Origin: a virus
Lineage: Duplodnaviria > Caudoviricetes
Strand: one strand, 5' to 3'
Length of the DNA: 29,850 bases
Virus record (IMG/VR): IMGVR_UViG_3300042195_000134
Span: 1 to 29,850 of that record
Made by a program: the position numbers and the translations under genes. Shown one piece after another: positions 6,921 through 15,214 of this stretch. Numbering within the stretch: the stretch's first letter is position 1; each line of letters opens with the position of its first letter. The notes beneath the pieces were generated by a model. That model searched no databases. It was not told the DNA's origin and saw nothing but the letters and a program-made list of their open reading frames with translations.

Positions 6921-7231
6921 TGTATCAGACCCACGACCTCGCCGAGTGGGCGGCGTTTCTGTCGCTCGGTACCGGTCTCACCGCCACCGGTTGGCTGCTG
7001 TGGCTGCTGCTGTTCGAGCCGCTGCTGGACTGCGACCTCGACCCGCGCCCGCTGGTGCGCCGCGCGATCGAGTCCGGCCGTGTCGACCCGCTGCTCGTCG
7101 TGGTGGCCAACGCGAAGTACGACGTCCGCGCCGCCGCCGACCGTGCCCGGCACGTCCCGCGTGATGCCGCGATCACCACGGCCGCGCTCCTGATGCTCCT
7201 CTCCGCTCCTCCGAAGGGCCACCTCCGATGA
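6917..7231 (+). CDS. Hypothetical membrane protein
   Basis: Hydrophobic WAAFLSLGTGLTATGWLLWLLLF; 4-nt overlaps. Confidence 0.65.
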   Translation: MMYQTHDLAEWAAFLSLGTGLTATGWLLWLLLFEPLLDCDLDPRPLVRRAIESGRVDPLLVVVANAKYDVRAAADRARHVPRDAAITTAALLMLLSAPPKGHLR

Positions 7232-7716
7232 CCGAGACCAATGGGCCCGTGCGCGGCCCGCTGTATGTGGATGCGACGCCGCTGATGGTGACCGCGGATG
7301 TCACCCCGCTGGTTCACGCGAACGTTGCTGAACTCCTCGACCTGCTGTCCGGCGAGTTTTACGACGACTTCCGTGAGGTCGCCGAGCAGGAGCCGACCGG
7401 CCACGACGGGCACGCGGTAGAGCGTCTCGGGTTCGAGCGGCTGGCGGAGCTGCTGGTGGAGCGCATGTCGACGCGGGTCTCGCTGACCGGGCCGCAGGCG
7501 GTTCGGGTCGCGGGCCGGATGCACAAGCTCGGGCTGCCGCTCGCGGAGGCCGAGGCGCAGAAGGCGGCGAACTTGGCGAAGGCCACGGAGGCGCTGCTGC
7601 ACATGGGGCAGGCGTCGCGTGGCGCGTCGCTGATCAAGCACCCGTCGCACGCGGCGACCCGCCGCCACCTGAAGGCGAACCCGCTGCCGGAGCAGACCGA
7701 TCGGAGGACGGCATGA
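7228..7716 (+). CDS. Hypothetical protein
   Basis: GC3-rich ORF with 4-nt overlaps at both ends. Confidence 0.7.
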   Translation: MTETNGPVRGPLYVDATPLMVTADVTPLVHANVAELLDLLSGEFYDDFREVAEQEPTGHDGHAVERLGFERLAELLVERMSTRVSLTGPQAVRVAGRMHKLGLPLAEAEAQKAANLAKATEALLHMGQASRGASLIKHPSHAATRRHLKANPLPEQTDRRTA

Positions 7717-8096
7717 GCGCCCGCAATGTGATCGAGCACGCGCTGACCGTCTACTACGACGGCAACGCCGAGATGGTCGGGAAGCTCCTCGCGAACTACG
7801 ACGCCGAGCGGGCGACCAAGACCAGGGAGGAGGCCAGCGCCCAGGCGCCGACGGCCACTCCCACCGACACCGTCCGCCGCGCCCGCCTCCTCCACGAAAT
7901 GGACCTCGGCGGCCGGTGGAAGTCCGGCGACGTCGTCCGCTGGTACCAGCGCAACGGCCTCACCGGGCTCGACGTCCGTGCCGCGCGCCACGACCTCGCG
8001 ACCCTCCGCGACTCCGGCGCCATCACCCAACACGACACCGCCGGCGTGAGGTTCTACACCCGCGCCTCCCGCACCACCCGGAAGGACCGCGCATGA
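7713..8096 (+). CDS. Hypothetical protein, possible winged-helix C-terminus
   Basis: GGAGG RBS; ...ARHDLATLRDSGAITQHDTAGVRFY resembles a wHTH wing. Confidence 0.7.
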   Translation: MSARNVIEHALTVYYDGNAEMVGKLLANYDAERATKTREEASAQAPTATPTDTVRRARLLHEMDLGGRWKSGDVVRWYQRNGLTGLDVRAARHDLATLRDSGAITQHDTAGVRFYTRASRTTRKDRA

Positions 8097-9199
8097 GCGC
8101 CGAGATCACCAAAGCCGGGGGCACCCTCGCCATCCGCCCCGACCAAACCAACTGGACCCCCGACCAGCAAGCCGTACTCCAGCAGTCCGGCATCGACAAC
8201 CAGGTCGCCCCCGCGGAACTCTCCGCGTTCCTCCACCTCTGCCAGCGCACCCGCCTGGACCCGTTCTCCCGCCAGATCTACCTCATCGGCCGCTTCGACA
8301 GGCGGCAGCAACGCAAGGTGTACACCCCGCAGACCAGCATCGACGGCTACCGCGTCATCGCCCACCGCGCGTCCGCCGAGGCCGGGCACCCGCTCGGCTA
8401 CGAGGACACCCTGTGGTGCGACCCCTCCGGGAAGTGGCGGGACGTGTGGCTGCCGGACGCCCCTCCGGCGGCCGCGAAGGTGACCGTGATCCGCAACGGC
8501 ATGCGGTTCTCCGCGGTGGCCCGTTACTCGGAGTACGTCCAGACGGGCAAGGAGAACAAGCCGTCCGGACTGTGGGGCAAGATGCCCGCGACTATGACCG
8601 CGAAGTGCGCCGAGGCACTCGCGCTGCGCATGGCGTTCCCACACGACCTGGCCGGGGTGTACACGGCTGAGGAGATGGCGCAGGCCGACAACCCGGCGCC
8701 GGTCGCAGTTCCGGAGCGGCACCTGCGCCAGGTGCAGCAGGGCGAGACCGACCAGTGGGCCACCCCGGCGGAGACCATCCGGGCGGGCACGGCGGATGTC
8801 CCGCCGGAGTCGCTGACTCCCGCAGGGCGGGACTACCTGCACGAGGCGCACGCCGCCCCGGACGCGGCCACGGTCCGGCAGATCTGGCAGGACGCCAAGG
8901 CCGAGGGAGCACGTCCGGAGTACCTGGCGCAGATCGCCGCCGTCGGCAAGGAGAAAGCGGCGGCCGAGCAGGCGCAGGGCGACGACGCCGAGGTGGTGGA
9001 AGGCGAGGTCGTCGCCGAGACGAACACCCCGGAGACCGCCGCCGAGGCAGCCGAGCAGGAGCTGCGCACGGCCGCCACGGCAGCCGGGCTCACCGAGCTG
9101 GACGCCGAGTTCGAGCGCTCCTACGGCCTGCCCATCGCCCAGGCCGGCGCCCAGCAACTCCGCGAGATGACGGCCATCTTGACCGGCTCCGCCGCCTGA
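8093..9199 (+). CDS. bet: Red-beta/Bet-like single-strand annealing protein
   Basis: FLHLCQRTRLDPFSRQIYLI, QTSIDGYRVIA, WGKMPATMTAKCAEALALRMAFP, GVYTAEEM motifs. Confidence 0.92.
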   Translation: MSAEITKAGGTLAIRPDQTNWTPDQQAVLQQSGIDNQVAPAELSAFLHLCQRTRLDPFSRQIYLIGRFDRRQQRKVYTPQTSIDGYRVIAHRASAEAGHPLGYEDTLWCDPSGKWRDVWLPDAPPAAAKVTVIRNGMRFSAVARYSEYVQTGKENKPSGLWGKMPATMTAKCAEALALRMAFPHDLAGVYTAEEMAQADNPAPVAVPERHLRQVQQGETDQWATPAETIRAGTADVPPESLTPAGRDYLHEAHAAPDAATVRQIWQDAKAEGARPEYLAQIAAVGKEKAAAEQAQGDDAEVVEGEVVAETNTPETAAEAAEQELRTAATAAGLTELDAEFERSYGLPIAQAGAQQLREMTAILTGSAA

Positions 9200-9212
9200 C
9201 CCACCACCAGCA

Positions 9213-9253
9213 CGGGGCCGCCCTGCCCGTCGACAGCAGGCAGGTCGGCCCCG
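9213..9253. terminator. Intergenic GC hairpin
   Basis: CGGGGCCG-c-CCTGCC...GGCAGG-t-CGGCCCCG. Confidence 0.5.
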
Positions 9254-9275
9254 CACCGCAAGGAGACCACAGCAC

Positions 9276-9962
9276 ATGAGCCTGAAGGACATCGCCGCCC
9301 GCGCCGCGATCCTCTCCACCCTCCACGACGCCATCGGCGACGAGCTGAAGACCGCCAAGAAAGAACTGGAGGCCGGACTGAAGACCGCGAAGGCAGAGAC
9401 CGGCACCCAGAAAATCAGCGTCACCCTCGACGAAGGCCAGGACATCGGCACCGTCAGCCTCGTCCAGCCGAAGGCAGCAGCAGCAGTCACCGACCCGGAG
9501 AAGTTCACCGCGTGGGTGATCGCCAACTACGAGAGCGAGATCAAGCGGGAGTTCGTCGGGATCGTCACCTCGGTGAAGCCCGCATTCCAGAAGAAGCTCC
9601 TCGCCGAGATCACGGCGGCCGGTGTCGCTGAGTGGGCGGACAGGGAGACGGGCGTCGTCCATACCGTGCCGGGCGTCGCCTTGCAGGGCCGGGCGGCGTA
9701 CACGCGGATGACCGTTCCGGATGCCGGTAAGGCCGCGATCGCCGAGGCGTGGCGTGCGGGCCGTCTCCCGGGTGCGGTGCCCCCCGCGCTCAACCCGCCG
9801 GCGGTCACGGGCGACGCGGGCGACGACGAGACCAAGCTGCGCGCCCGGATCGCCGGGCTGGAAGAGCGCGACTCCTGGCTGTCTGCGCTGGAGGCCGCGG
9901 GCGTCGACAACTGGCAGGGCATCGACGTCGCGATCGAGATGCGCAACGGCGGTGCCGAGTGA
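9276..9962 (+). CDS. Phage hypothetical protein (recombination module)
   Basis: AAGGAG RBS; VTDPEKFTAWV segment; C-terminal LSALEAAGVDNWQG motif. Confidence 0.75.
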   Translation: MSLKDIAARAAILSTLHDAIGDELKTAKKELEAGLKTAKAETGTQKISVTLDEGQDIGTVSLVQPKAAAAVTDPEKFTAWVIANYESEIKREFVGIVTSVKPAFQKKLLAEITAAGVAEWADRETGVVHTVPGVALQGRAAYTRMTVPDAGKAAIAEAWRAGRLPGAVPPALNPPAVTGDAGDDETKLRARIAGLEERDSWLSALEAAGVDNWQGIDVAIEMRNGGAE

Positions 9963-10708
9963 CTGCCGCCGTGCAGCCCGACCTCACCGGGCACGTCGAA
10001 CTCCCCTGGCACCGCGGACCACTCGCCTCATACGACTGCGAGACCAACGGACTGAACACCGCCACCGACCGCATCGTCACCGCCGCCCTCATCCGGCCGA
10101 ACCGCAAGCCCCTGCGGTGGATGACGGACGCCGCCGACTTCAACATCCCCGAGGCCGCGAGCGACATCCACAAGGTGACGACCGAGCACGCCCGCGCCCA
10201 CGGCCGACCTGCGAAGCAGGTCGTCGAGGAGATCGCCGACGCGCTCGCCGGTGAGCTCTCCGCCGGCCAGGCCGCGCTGGTCGTGATGAACGCCCCCTTC
10301 GACCTGCCTCTGTTGGATGCCGAGTGCACGCGGCACGGCGTGCCGTCGGTAGCGGAGCGCATCGGCCACCCGATCGGCCCGGTCATCGACCCCCTCGTCT
10401 TGGACCGGGCCGCGGAGAAGTTCCGCAGGGGCAAGCGGAATCTGGTGTCTCTCGCCGCCCACTACGGCGTCACGTTGACCGACGCCCACCAGGCGGACGC
10501 GGACGCGAAGGCCGCACTCGACGTGGCCCTCGCAATCGCCGAGAAGCATGAGCAACTCCAGGTTCCGGCCCGGGTGCTGCACGGCTGGCAAGTGCAGTGG
10601 CACGCCAAGTGGGCCGCGAACTACGAGGCGTTCCTGAAGAAGAGCGGGAAGCCGACTGCGGTGGTTGACGGTTCGTGGCCGCTGCGTCCGGTCGGGGGTG
10701 CGTCGTGA
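9959..10708 (+). CDS. DnaQ-like DEDDh 3'-5' exonuclease
   Basis: ExoI YDCETNG, ExoII MNAPFDL, ExoIII AHQADADA. Confidence 0.92.
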   Translation: MTAAVQPDLTGHVELPWHRGPLASYDCETNGLNTATDRIVTAALIRPNRKPLRWMTDAADFNIPEAASDIHKVTTEHARAHGRPAKQVVEEIADALAGELSAGQAALVVMNAPFDLPLLDAECTRHGVPSVAERIGHPIGPVIDPLVLDRAAEKFRRGKRNLVSLAAHYGVTLTDAHQADADAKAALDVALAIAEKHEQLQVPARVLHGWQVQWHAKWAANYEAFLKKSGKPTAVVDGSWPLRPVGGAS

Positions 10709-11010
10709 TCGTGTCCCGTCGCCGACTCGAAGAACGCAACCAACGGCAGGCCGAACAGATCGACCGGCTGATCGCCGACCGGGACGCCTGGAAGAAAGAC
10801 GCCGAAGCGTCCGGCCGCGCGCTCGGTCAGGTGTCCGGGGAGTTGTCCCGCGCGAAGGACGTCATCGCGCAGGTCGTCACCGCAGCCGGCCACCCCGACA
10901 CGGCAGTACACGACGTCCGCGCATTCGCGGCCGCGCTCACCGAGCAGCTCGCCGCGAACCGCGTCGACATCCGCCTGGAACTCGGCCGCCTGGAAGGAAC
11001 CCACCTGTGA
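10705..11010 (+). CDS. Coiled-coil hypothetical protein
   Basis: GTGA overlaps at both ends; helical composition. Confidence 0.65.
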   Translation: MIVSRRRLEERNQRQAEQIDRLIADRDAWKKDAEASGRALGQVSGELSRAKDVIAQVVTAAGHPDTAVHDVRAFAAALTEQLAANRVDIRLELGRLEGTHL

Positions 11011-11360
11011 ACTGGCCCTTCGTCACCCGCCGCCGCCACGAGCGTGCCCTCACCGACCAGCGCGCCGAGACCCTCCGCGTCCAGCAGCAGCTCGACGCCG
11101 CCGAGAAATCCGCGGAAGAGCAGACGTGCCGGATGGTCCGCCTCTGCGCGGAGATCGACCGGCTCCGCGACGCCAAGCCGGACACGCCGTTGTCGCACTC
11201 GCGTCCGCTGCCCGGTGACGCAGAGGTGCGCTGTCAACTGCACCTCGCGCGCGGCGCCGTTGCCTCGATGGATGTGCAGCTTCGTGACCTTCAGTCCGTG
11301 AATGAGGCCCAGGCCCAGGAGCTCCGCGCGTACGCGGAGAAGGAGGCGGCCGCGCTGTGA
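11007..11360 (+). CDS. Coiled-coil hypothetical protein
   Basis: VNWPFVTRRRHERAL...; GTGA overlaps. Confidence 0.65.
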   Translation: MNWPFVTRRRHERALTDQRAETLRVQQQLDAAEKSAEEQTCRMVRLCAEIDRLRDAKPDTPLSHSRPLPGDAEVRCQLHLARGAVASMDVQLRDLQSVNEAQAQELRAYAEKEAAAL

Positions 11361-11665
11361 CGAGTCCTCTGCGTGTTCTGCGGCGTCCTGCCCGTGTCCT
11401 GCGGCAGATCGTCGCCCCCAACGGGCGGCACCGGCCGCGGCGTCCCGTGCTGCTGCTGCCTGATGAGCCGCTCGTCGAGCGGACCGTGCCGATCCCGCAC
11501 GTGGTCCTCAACGAGGGCGAGCTGACGCAGTTGCTGGACGCGGATCAGGCCGTCGCGAACGAGTCCGCGCCGTGCCCGACCTGCTGCCGGACCACCCTCC
11601 ACGCCATGAACCGTGACGGCTCACGCCGCTGCCGGACATGTTCCACAACCACCAAGGGGGACTGA
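11357..11665 (+). CDS. Hypothetical protein with C-terminal Zn ribbon
   Basis: CPTC...CRTC; GGAGG RBS. Confidence 0.65.
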   Translation: MTSPLRVLRRPARVLRQIVAPNGRHRPRRPVLLLPDEPLVERTVPIPHVVLNEGELTQLLDADQAVANESAPCPTCCRTTLHAMNRDGSRRCRTCSTTTKGD

Positions 11666-11667
11666 CC

Positions 11668-12072
11668 ATGGGCTACATCACCCACGTCACTGGCGAGTTC
11701 GCCATCGAGCCGCCGCTGACCTGGCCCGAGTTCAAGGACAGCGAGTTCGTGCCACACAACATCGACTGCTCCTACGACCCGGACCTCATTCTCCGCGTCG
11801 CTGAGGAGAGCGTCGACACCGACGACGGGCCGCTGCTGCGCCGCACTGCGACTGCTCTGGTCATGCGGGAGATCGACGAGTACCGCGCGTACAACCTGCT
11901 CGATCAGGTACAGAAGGCCGTCGACTCCTTCCCCAGCCACACGTTCACCGGACGCCTGGACTGTGAGGGCGAGGAGAGCACCGACCTGTGGCGCGTCGTC
12001 ATCCGCGACGGCCGCGCAGTCAAGGTCGAGCCGCGCATCGTCTGGCCCGACGAGGAGGCCGACCGTGCCTGA
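11668..12072 (+). CDS. Conserved actinobacterial phage protein (DUF6205-like)
   Basis: MGYITHVTGEFAIEPPL...GRLDCEGEESTDLWRV...PRIVWP. Confidence 0.7.
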   Translation: MGYITHVTGEFAIEPPLTWPEFKDSEFVPHNIDCSYDPDLILRVAEESVDTDDGPLLRRTATALVMREIDEYRAYNLLDQVQKAVDSFPSHTFTGRLDCEGEESTDLWRVVIRDGRAVKVEPRIVWPDEEADRA

Positions 12073-12418
12073 CCTCACCGACGCCCAACTCGAAGAGCAA
12101 CTCGCCGCCATCTTCAACCGGCCCCGCAAAGGCCCCGGCGCCCGCGCAGCATGCGGCACCCTCTCCGGCTACCAACGCCACTGCCGCGACGGCGAGAACG
12201 CGTGCGACGCCTGCCGGCAGGCGAACGTCGACTACAAGGCCGCACAGAACCAGCGCCCGATCACGGCGCCAAACAAGCTGAAGCCGATCACGCACGGAAC
12301 GATGAAGGGCTACAAGCAGCACCGTTACCGGCGCGAGCAGGCGTGCGAGGCGTGTCTCAAGGCGGTCCGTGAGGACAACGCTGTGCGGTATATGGCGCGG
12401 AAGGGCGGCGCCCGGTGA
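12065..12418 (+). CDS. Protein with two (C/H)GT-x2-GY-x2-H...CxxC repeats
   Basis: CGTLSGYQRH...CDAC and HGTMKGYKQH...CEAC. Confidence 0.75.
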   Translation: MPDLTDAQLEEQLAAIFNRPRKGPGARAACGTLSGYQRHCRDGENACDACRQANVDYKAAQNQRPITAPNKLKPITHGTMKGYKQHRYRREQACEACLKAVREDNAVRYMARKGGAR

Positions 12419-13002
12419 CTGCCCTGTTCGAACTCGCCCCGCAGGTTCCGGCCGCACCCGCGGCGGCCGGGCCCCGGCCCCTGATAGTCGTGGCACTCGA
12501 TGTCAGCCTCACCTGCACCGGCGTCGCCGGAGTCGGCTGGACCGACCGCATCCGCACCAAACTCCGCGGCGACGAACGCCTCGCCTACCTCGAAACCGAG
12601 ATCGCCTCCTTCATCCGCTCCGCAGACCTCGTCGCGATGGAGGGCCCCTCGTACGGGCACTCCGGACCCCGCTTCCACGAAGACCTCGCCGGACTCCGCG
12701 TCCTCGTCCGCCGCTACTGCCACCACCACCAGATCCCCTACGCCCTCGTCCCGCCGTCGAACCTGAAGCTCTACACGACCGGCCGTGGCAACGCGGCGAA
12801 GGGCGAGGTGCGTTCGGCGGTCGCCGACCGGTACGGCATCCACACGGAGGGCGTGGGCCGGTACGACATGGCGGACGCCTACGGTGCGCTCGCTGCTGCG
12901 TCTGAGTGGCTGGGCCAGTCGCTGGCTGATGTGCCGGAGCGGAACCGGAAGGCGCTGGCTGGCTGCCAGTGGCCGGAGCGCGAGCAGGTGATCGCGCGGT
13001 GA
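12415..13002 (+). CDS. ruvC: RuvC-like Holliday junction resolvase
   Basis: VALDVSLTCTGVA, VAMEG, PSNLKLYTTGRGNAAKGEV, DMADAY acidic catalytic pattern. Confidence 0.88.
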   Translation: MTALFELAPQVPAAPAAAGPRPLIVVALDVSLTCTGVAGVGWTDRIRTKLRGDERLAYLETEIASFIRSADLVAMEGPSYGHSGPRFHEDLAGLRVLVRRYCHHHQIPYALVPPSNLKLYTTGRGNAAKGEVRSAVADRYGIHTEGVGRYDMADAYGALAAASEWLGQSLADVPERNRKALAGCQWPEREQVIAR

Positions 13003-13271
13003 GTACCAGTCAGGCCCTCGTCATCACCGTGGCCGCCACCCTCGGCGCCCTCGCATGCGCCTGGCAGGCCATCCGCGCCTGGCGCGCCGAACAGACCACC
13101 GCCGAGGACGACGGACCCACCCGCGGTCTCGCCCTCGACGACACCGCGCACGGCATTGATGCGGGCTGGCAGGACGAGTGCGAACTCATCTGGGCCACAC
13201 CCGACCCCGCCGGCTTCGAACGGCTCCGCAACGCCATCCACGAACACCGCGAGCAGGAGGGCGAAGCGTGA
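12999..13271 (+). CDS. Small protein with N-terminal transmembrane helix
   Basis: ALVITVAATLGALACAW; 4-nt overlaps. Confidence 0.6.
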   Translation: MSTSQALVITVAATLGALACAWQAIRAWRAEQTTAEDDGPTRGLALDDTAHGIDAGWQDECELIWATPDPAGFERLRNAIHEHREQEGEA

Positions 13272-13714
13272 CCCACCACACTGGCGCCGTCCCCGACACC
13301 GAGCCCGCAGGCCAGTGGATGAAAGAAGGCGCCTGCCGCGAAGACCCCGACCGCATGTTCCCCGGCACCCTCGCCGCTGAGATCGAGTACGCGAAGCGCT
13401 TCTGCGACCGCTGCCCCGTCATCCAGCAGTGCGGGGAGTGGGCGCTGGCCACCCGCGAGCCGTTCGGTGTGTGGGGCGGCATGTCCGAGGCGCAACGCCG
13501 CAACCTGCTCCGCCAACGCGGACGAGGCAAAGGCAGGGGCCCGAAGCAGGCCGCCCCTGTGAAGACACCCCGGAAACCCGCGGAGTGCGGCAGCCGGGGC
13601 GGCTACCAGAAGCACCTCCGCGACAAGACGGAGATCTGCGCGCCGTGCCGCCGCGCGAACACGGACGCGGACAACCGGCTCCGCCGCACCGGCACCACCA
13701 AGGCCCTGGTGTGA
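13268..13714 (+). CDS. whiB: WhiB-family Fe-S transcription factor with C-terminal Cys/His module
   Basis: C...CDRCPVIQQC and FGVWGGMS; C-terminal CGSRGGYQKH...CAPC. Confidence 0.93.
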   Translation: MTHHTGAVPDTEPAGQWMKEGACREDPDRMFPGTLAAEIEYAKRFCDRCPVIQQCGEWALATREPFGVWGGMSEAQRRNLLRQRGRGKGRGPKQAAPVKTPRKPAECGSRGGYQKHLRDKTEICAPCRRANTDADNRLRRTGTTKALV

Positions 13715-13929
13715 GCGGGGAGCCCGCGGGCCGGGACCCGCCGCCGCTCCTCGACTGGCGCGACGCAAGCCACTGGTCATGGACGGAGAAGCCGTGCCGG
13801 TACTGCCAGCGGCCGACGAACCTCCGCGACTCGAAGCGGTCTCCAGCGCATAAGTCGTGCGCAGAAGACGCCATCGCCGCTCGGGCTGCGGAAGCCGCGG
13901 AGGCGTACGAGAACGAACACCTCGCCTGA
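13711..13929 (+). CDS. Small Zn-binding hypothetical protein
   Basis: LLDWRDASHW...PCRYC...HKSCAE. Confidence 0.65.
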   Translation: MSGEPAGRDPPPLLDWRDASHWSWTEKPCRYCQRPTNLRDSKRSPAHKSCAEDAIAARAAEAAEAYENEHLA

Positions 13930-13945
13930 CCGCCCACACAAGAAC

Positions 13946-13972
13946 GCCCCGGCCGGGCAAATCGGCCGGGGC
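13946..13972. terminator. Intergenic perfect 10-bp hairpin
   Basis: GCCCCGGCCG-ggcaaat-CGGCCGGGGC. Confidence 0.5.
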
Positions 13973-13993
13973 ACCCCGCCAAGGAGACCACGC

Positions 13994-14380
13994 GTGAACT
14001 CGTTCCACCACGCACAATCCAGCGCCCGCAAGTGGGGCGGTGAGCCCGAGCTGTACCTGCCGATCCACCAGTTCCTCGACAGCTCGAAGCGCCTGATCGG
14101 CGACGTCCGCCACCGCTCCCTCTACCACCACACCGAAGGCGTTTTCCTCTCCGAGCGGATCTTCGGCGTCACCCTCGACGTCCCCAAGACCCGCAACACC
14201 GTCCGGGTCCCGGTCCGGCTGATCGCCGAGCAGCACGTCCTCGAAGACCTCGGCTGGCTGCCCAGCCCCGCGGACTACATCGACGGCATGCCCATCCGCC
14301 CGTGGATGTCCGGCAGCCAGCGCAAGACCGTCCCGCTCTCCCACCTCCTCCTCAACCAGCCCACCGGAGCGACGAAGTGA
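13994..14380 (+). CDS. DUF6915-like His-rich protein
   Basis: HHAQSSARKWGG, IHQFLDSSK, DVRHRSLYHH, ERIFG, RLIAEQHVLEDLG. Confidence 0.8.
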   Translation: MNSFHHAQSSARKWGGEPELYLPIHQFLDSSKRLIGDVRHRSLYHHTEGVFLSERIFGVTLDVPKTRNTVRVPVRLIAEQHVLEDLGWLPSPADYIDGMPIRPWMSGSQRKTVPLSHLLLNQPTGATK

Positions 14381-14895
14381 CCGACCAGACCACCAACTTC
14401 CTCGGCATCCCCGTTAACGGCGACATCACCCGAGGCTCCGACCGCGTCGAGCAGAAGCCGATCGAGGAGCTCCAGCCGATCCTCCAAGCCGTCCTCAACG
14501 ACCCCACCGTCGTCGAGTTCGGATGGCGGCAGTACACCCCGTACTTCAACGACGGCGAACCCTGCGAGTTCGGAGTGAACGGGCTGTGGGTGCGCACCGA
14601 GACGGATCGAGACGTCGAGGACCAATACGACCTGGAAGTCGAGTACAGCCACCCCAGCCTCGGCGAGATGACCGGCGGCGAGTGGGTCAACGACCCCGAC
14701 CGGCCCGGCCGCCGCAAGAAGGTCGGCGACCGGTACGAGGGCCCGGACCAGGCCCGGTACGAGCGGTGCCACGCGCTCGACGGGGCAATCCAGGGCGGTG
14801 CGTTCGAACACGTCCTCCTCAACGCGTTCGGCGACCACGCCAACATCACCGTCCGCCGTGACGGCATCGAGGTCGAGTTCTACGAGCACGACTGA
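14377..14895 (+). CDS. Conserved acidic phage protein coupled to the DUF6915-like gene
   Basis: WRQYTPYFNDGEPCEF and FGDHANITV...IEVEFYEHD motifs; GTGA overlap. Confidence 0.8.
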   Translation: MTDQTTNFLGIPVNGDITRGSDRVEQKPIEELQPILQAVLNDPTVVEFGWRQYTPYFNDGEPCEFGVNGLWVRTETDRDVEDQYDLEVEYSHPSLGEMTGGEWVNDPDRPGRRKKVGDRYEGPDQARYERCHALDGAIQGGAFEHVLLNAFGDHANITVRRDGIEVEFYEHD

Positions 14896-15013
14896 CCCTC
14901 CGACCGGCGGTCGGCCGCGCCCCTACGCACCGGCCGCCACCCGGGCCTCGCGACCCCTCCCCCCAGCGCGAGGCCCGGGACCCCTCAGCCCAGCACGAAG
15001 AAAGGCACCACCC

Positions 15014-15214
15014 ATGGAGAAACGCCCCTACACAAAAGGCGCCGAACGCGTACGAGTCCGCCTTCAAGCCGCGGAGTTGTACGCGCAAGGCGCCACCATC
15101 CGATCCGTCGCCGACCAACTCGGCCGCTCATACGGCGGAACGCGTGCACTGCTGCTGGAGGCCGGCGTGACGCTGCGGGCACCCGGCGGCGGCATCCGGA
15201 AGGCAGGCGCCTGA
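15014..15214 (+). CDS. Small HTH DNA-binding protein
   Basis: ELYAQGATIRSVADQLGRSYGGTRALLLEAGVTLR. Confidence 0.8.
   Translation: MEKRPYTKGAERVRVRLQAAELYAQGATIRSVADQLGRSYGGTRALLLEAGVTLRAPGGGIRKAGA

Noticed and set aside
8054-9526. Long minus-strand ORFs (also 13010..14344, 17816..19063, 20794..22089, 22068..23390)
   Set aside because: Antisense to well-supported + strand genes; low-complexity translations without motifs
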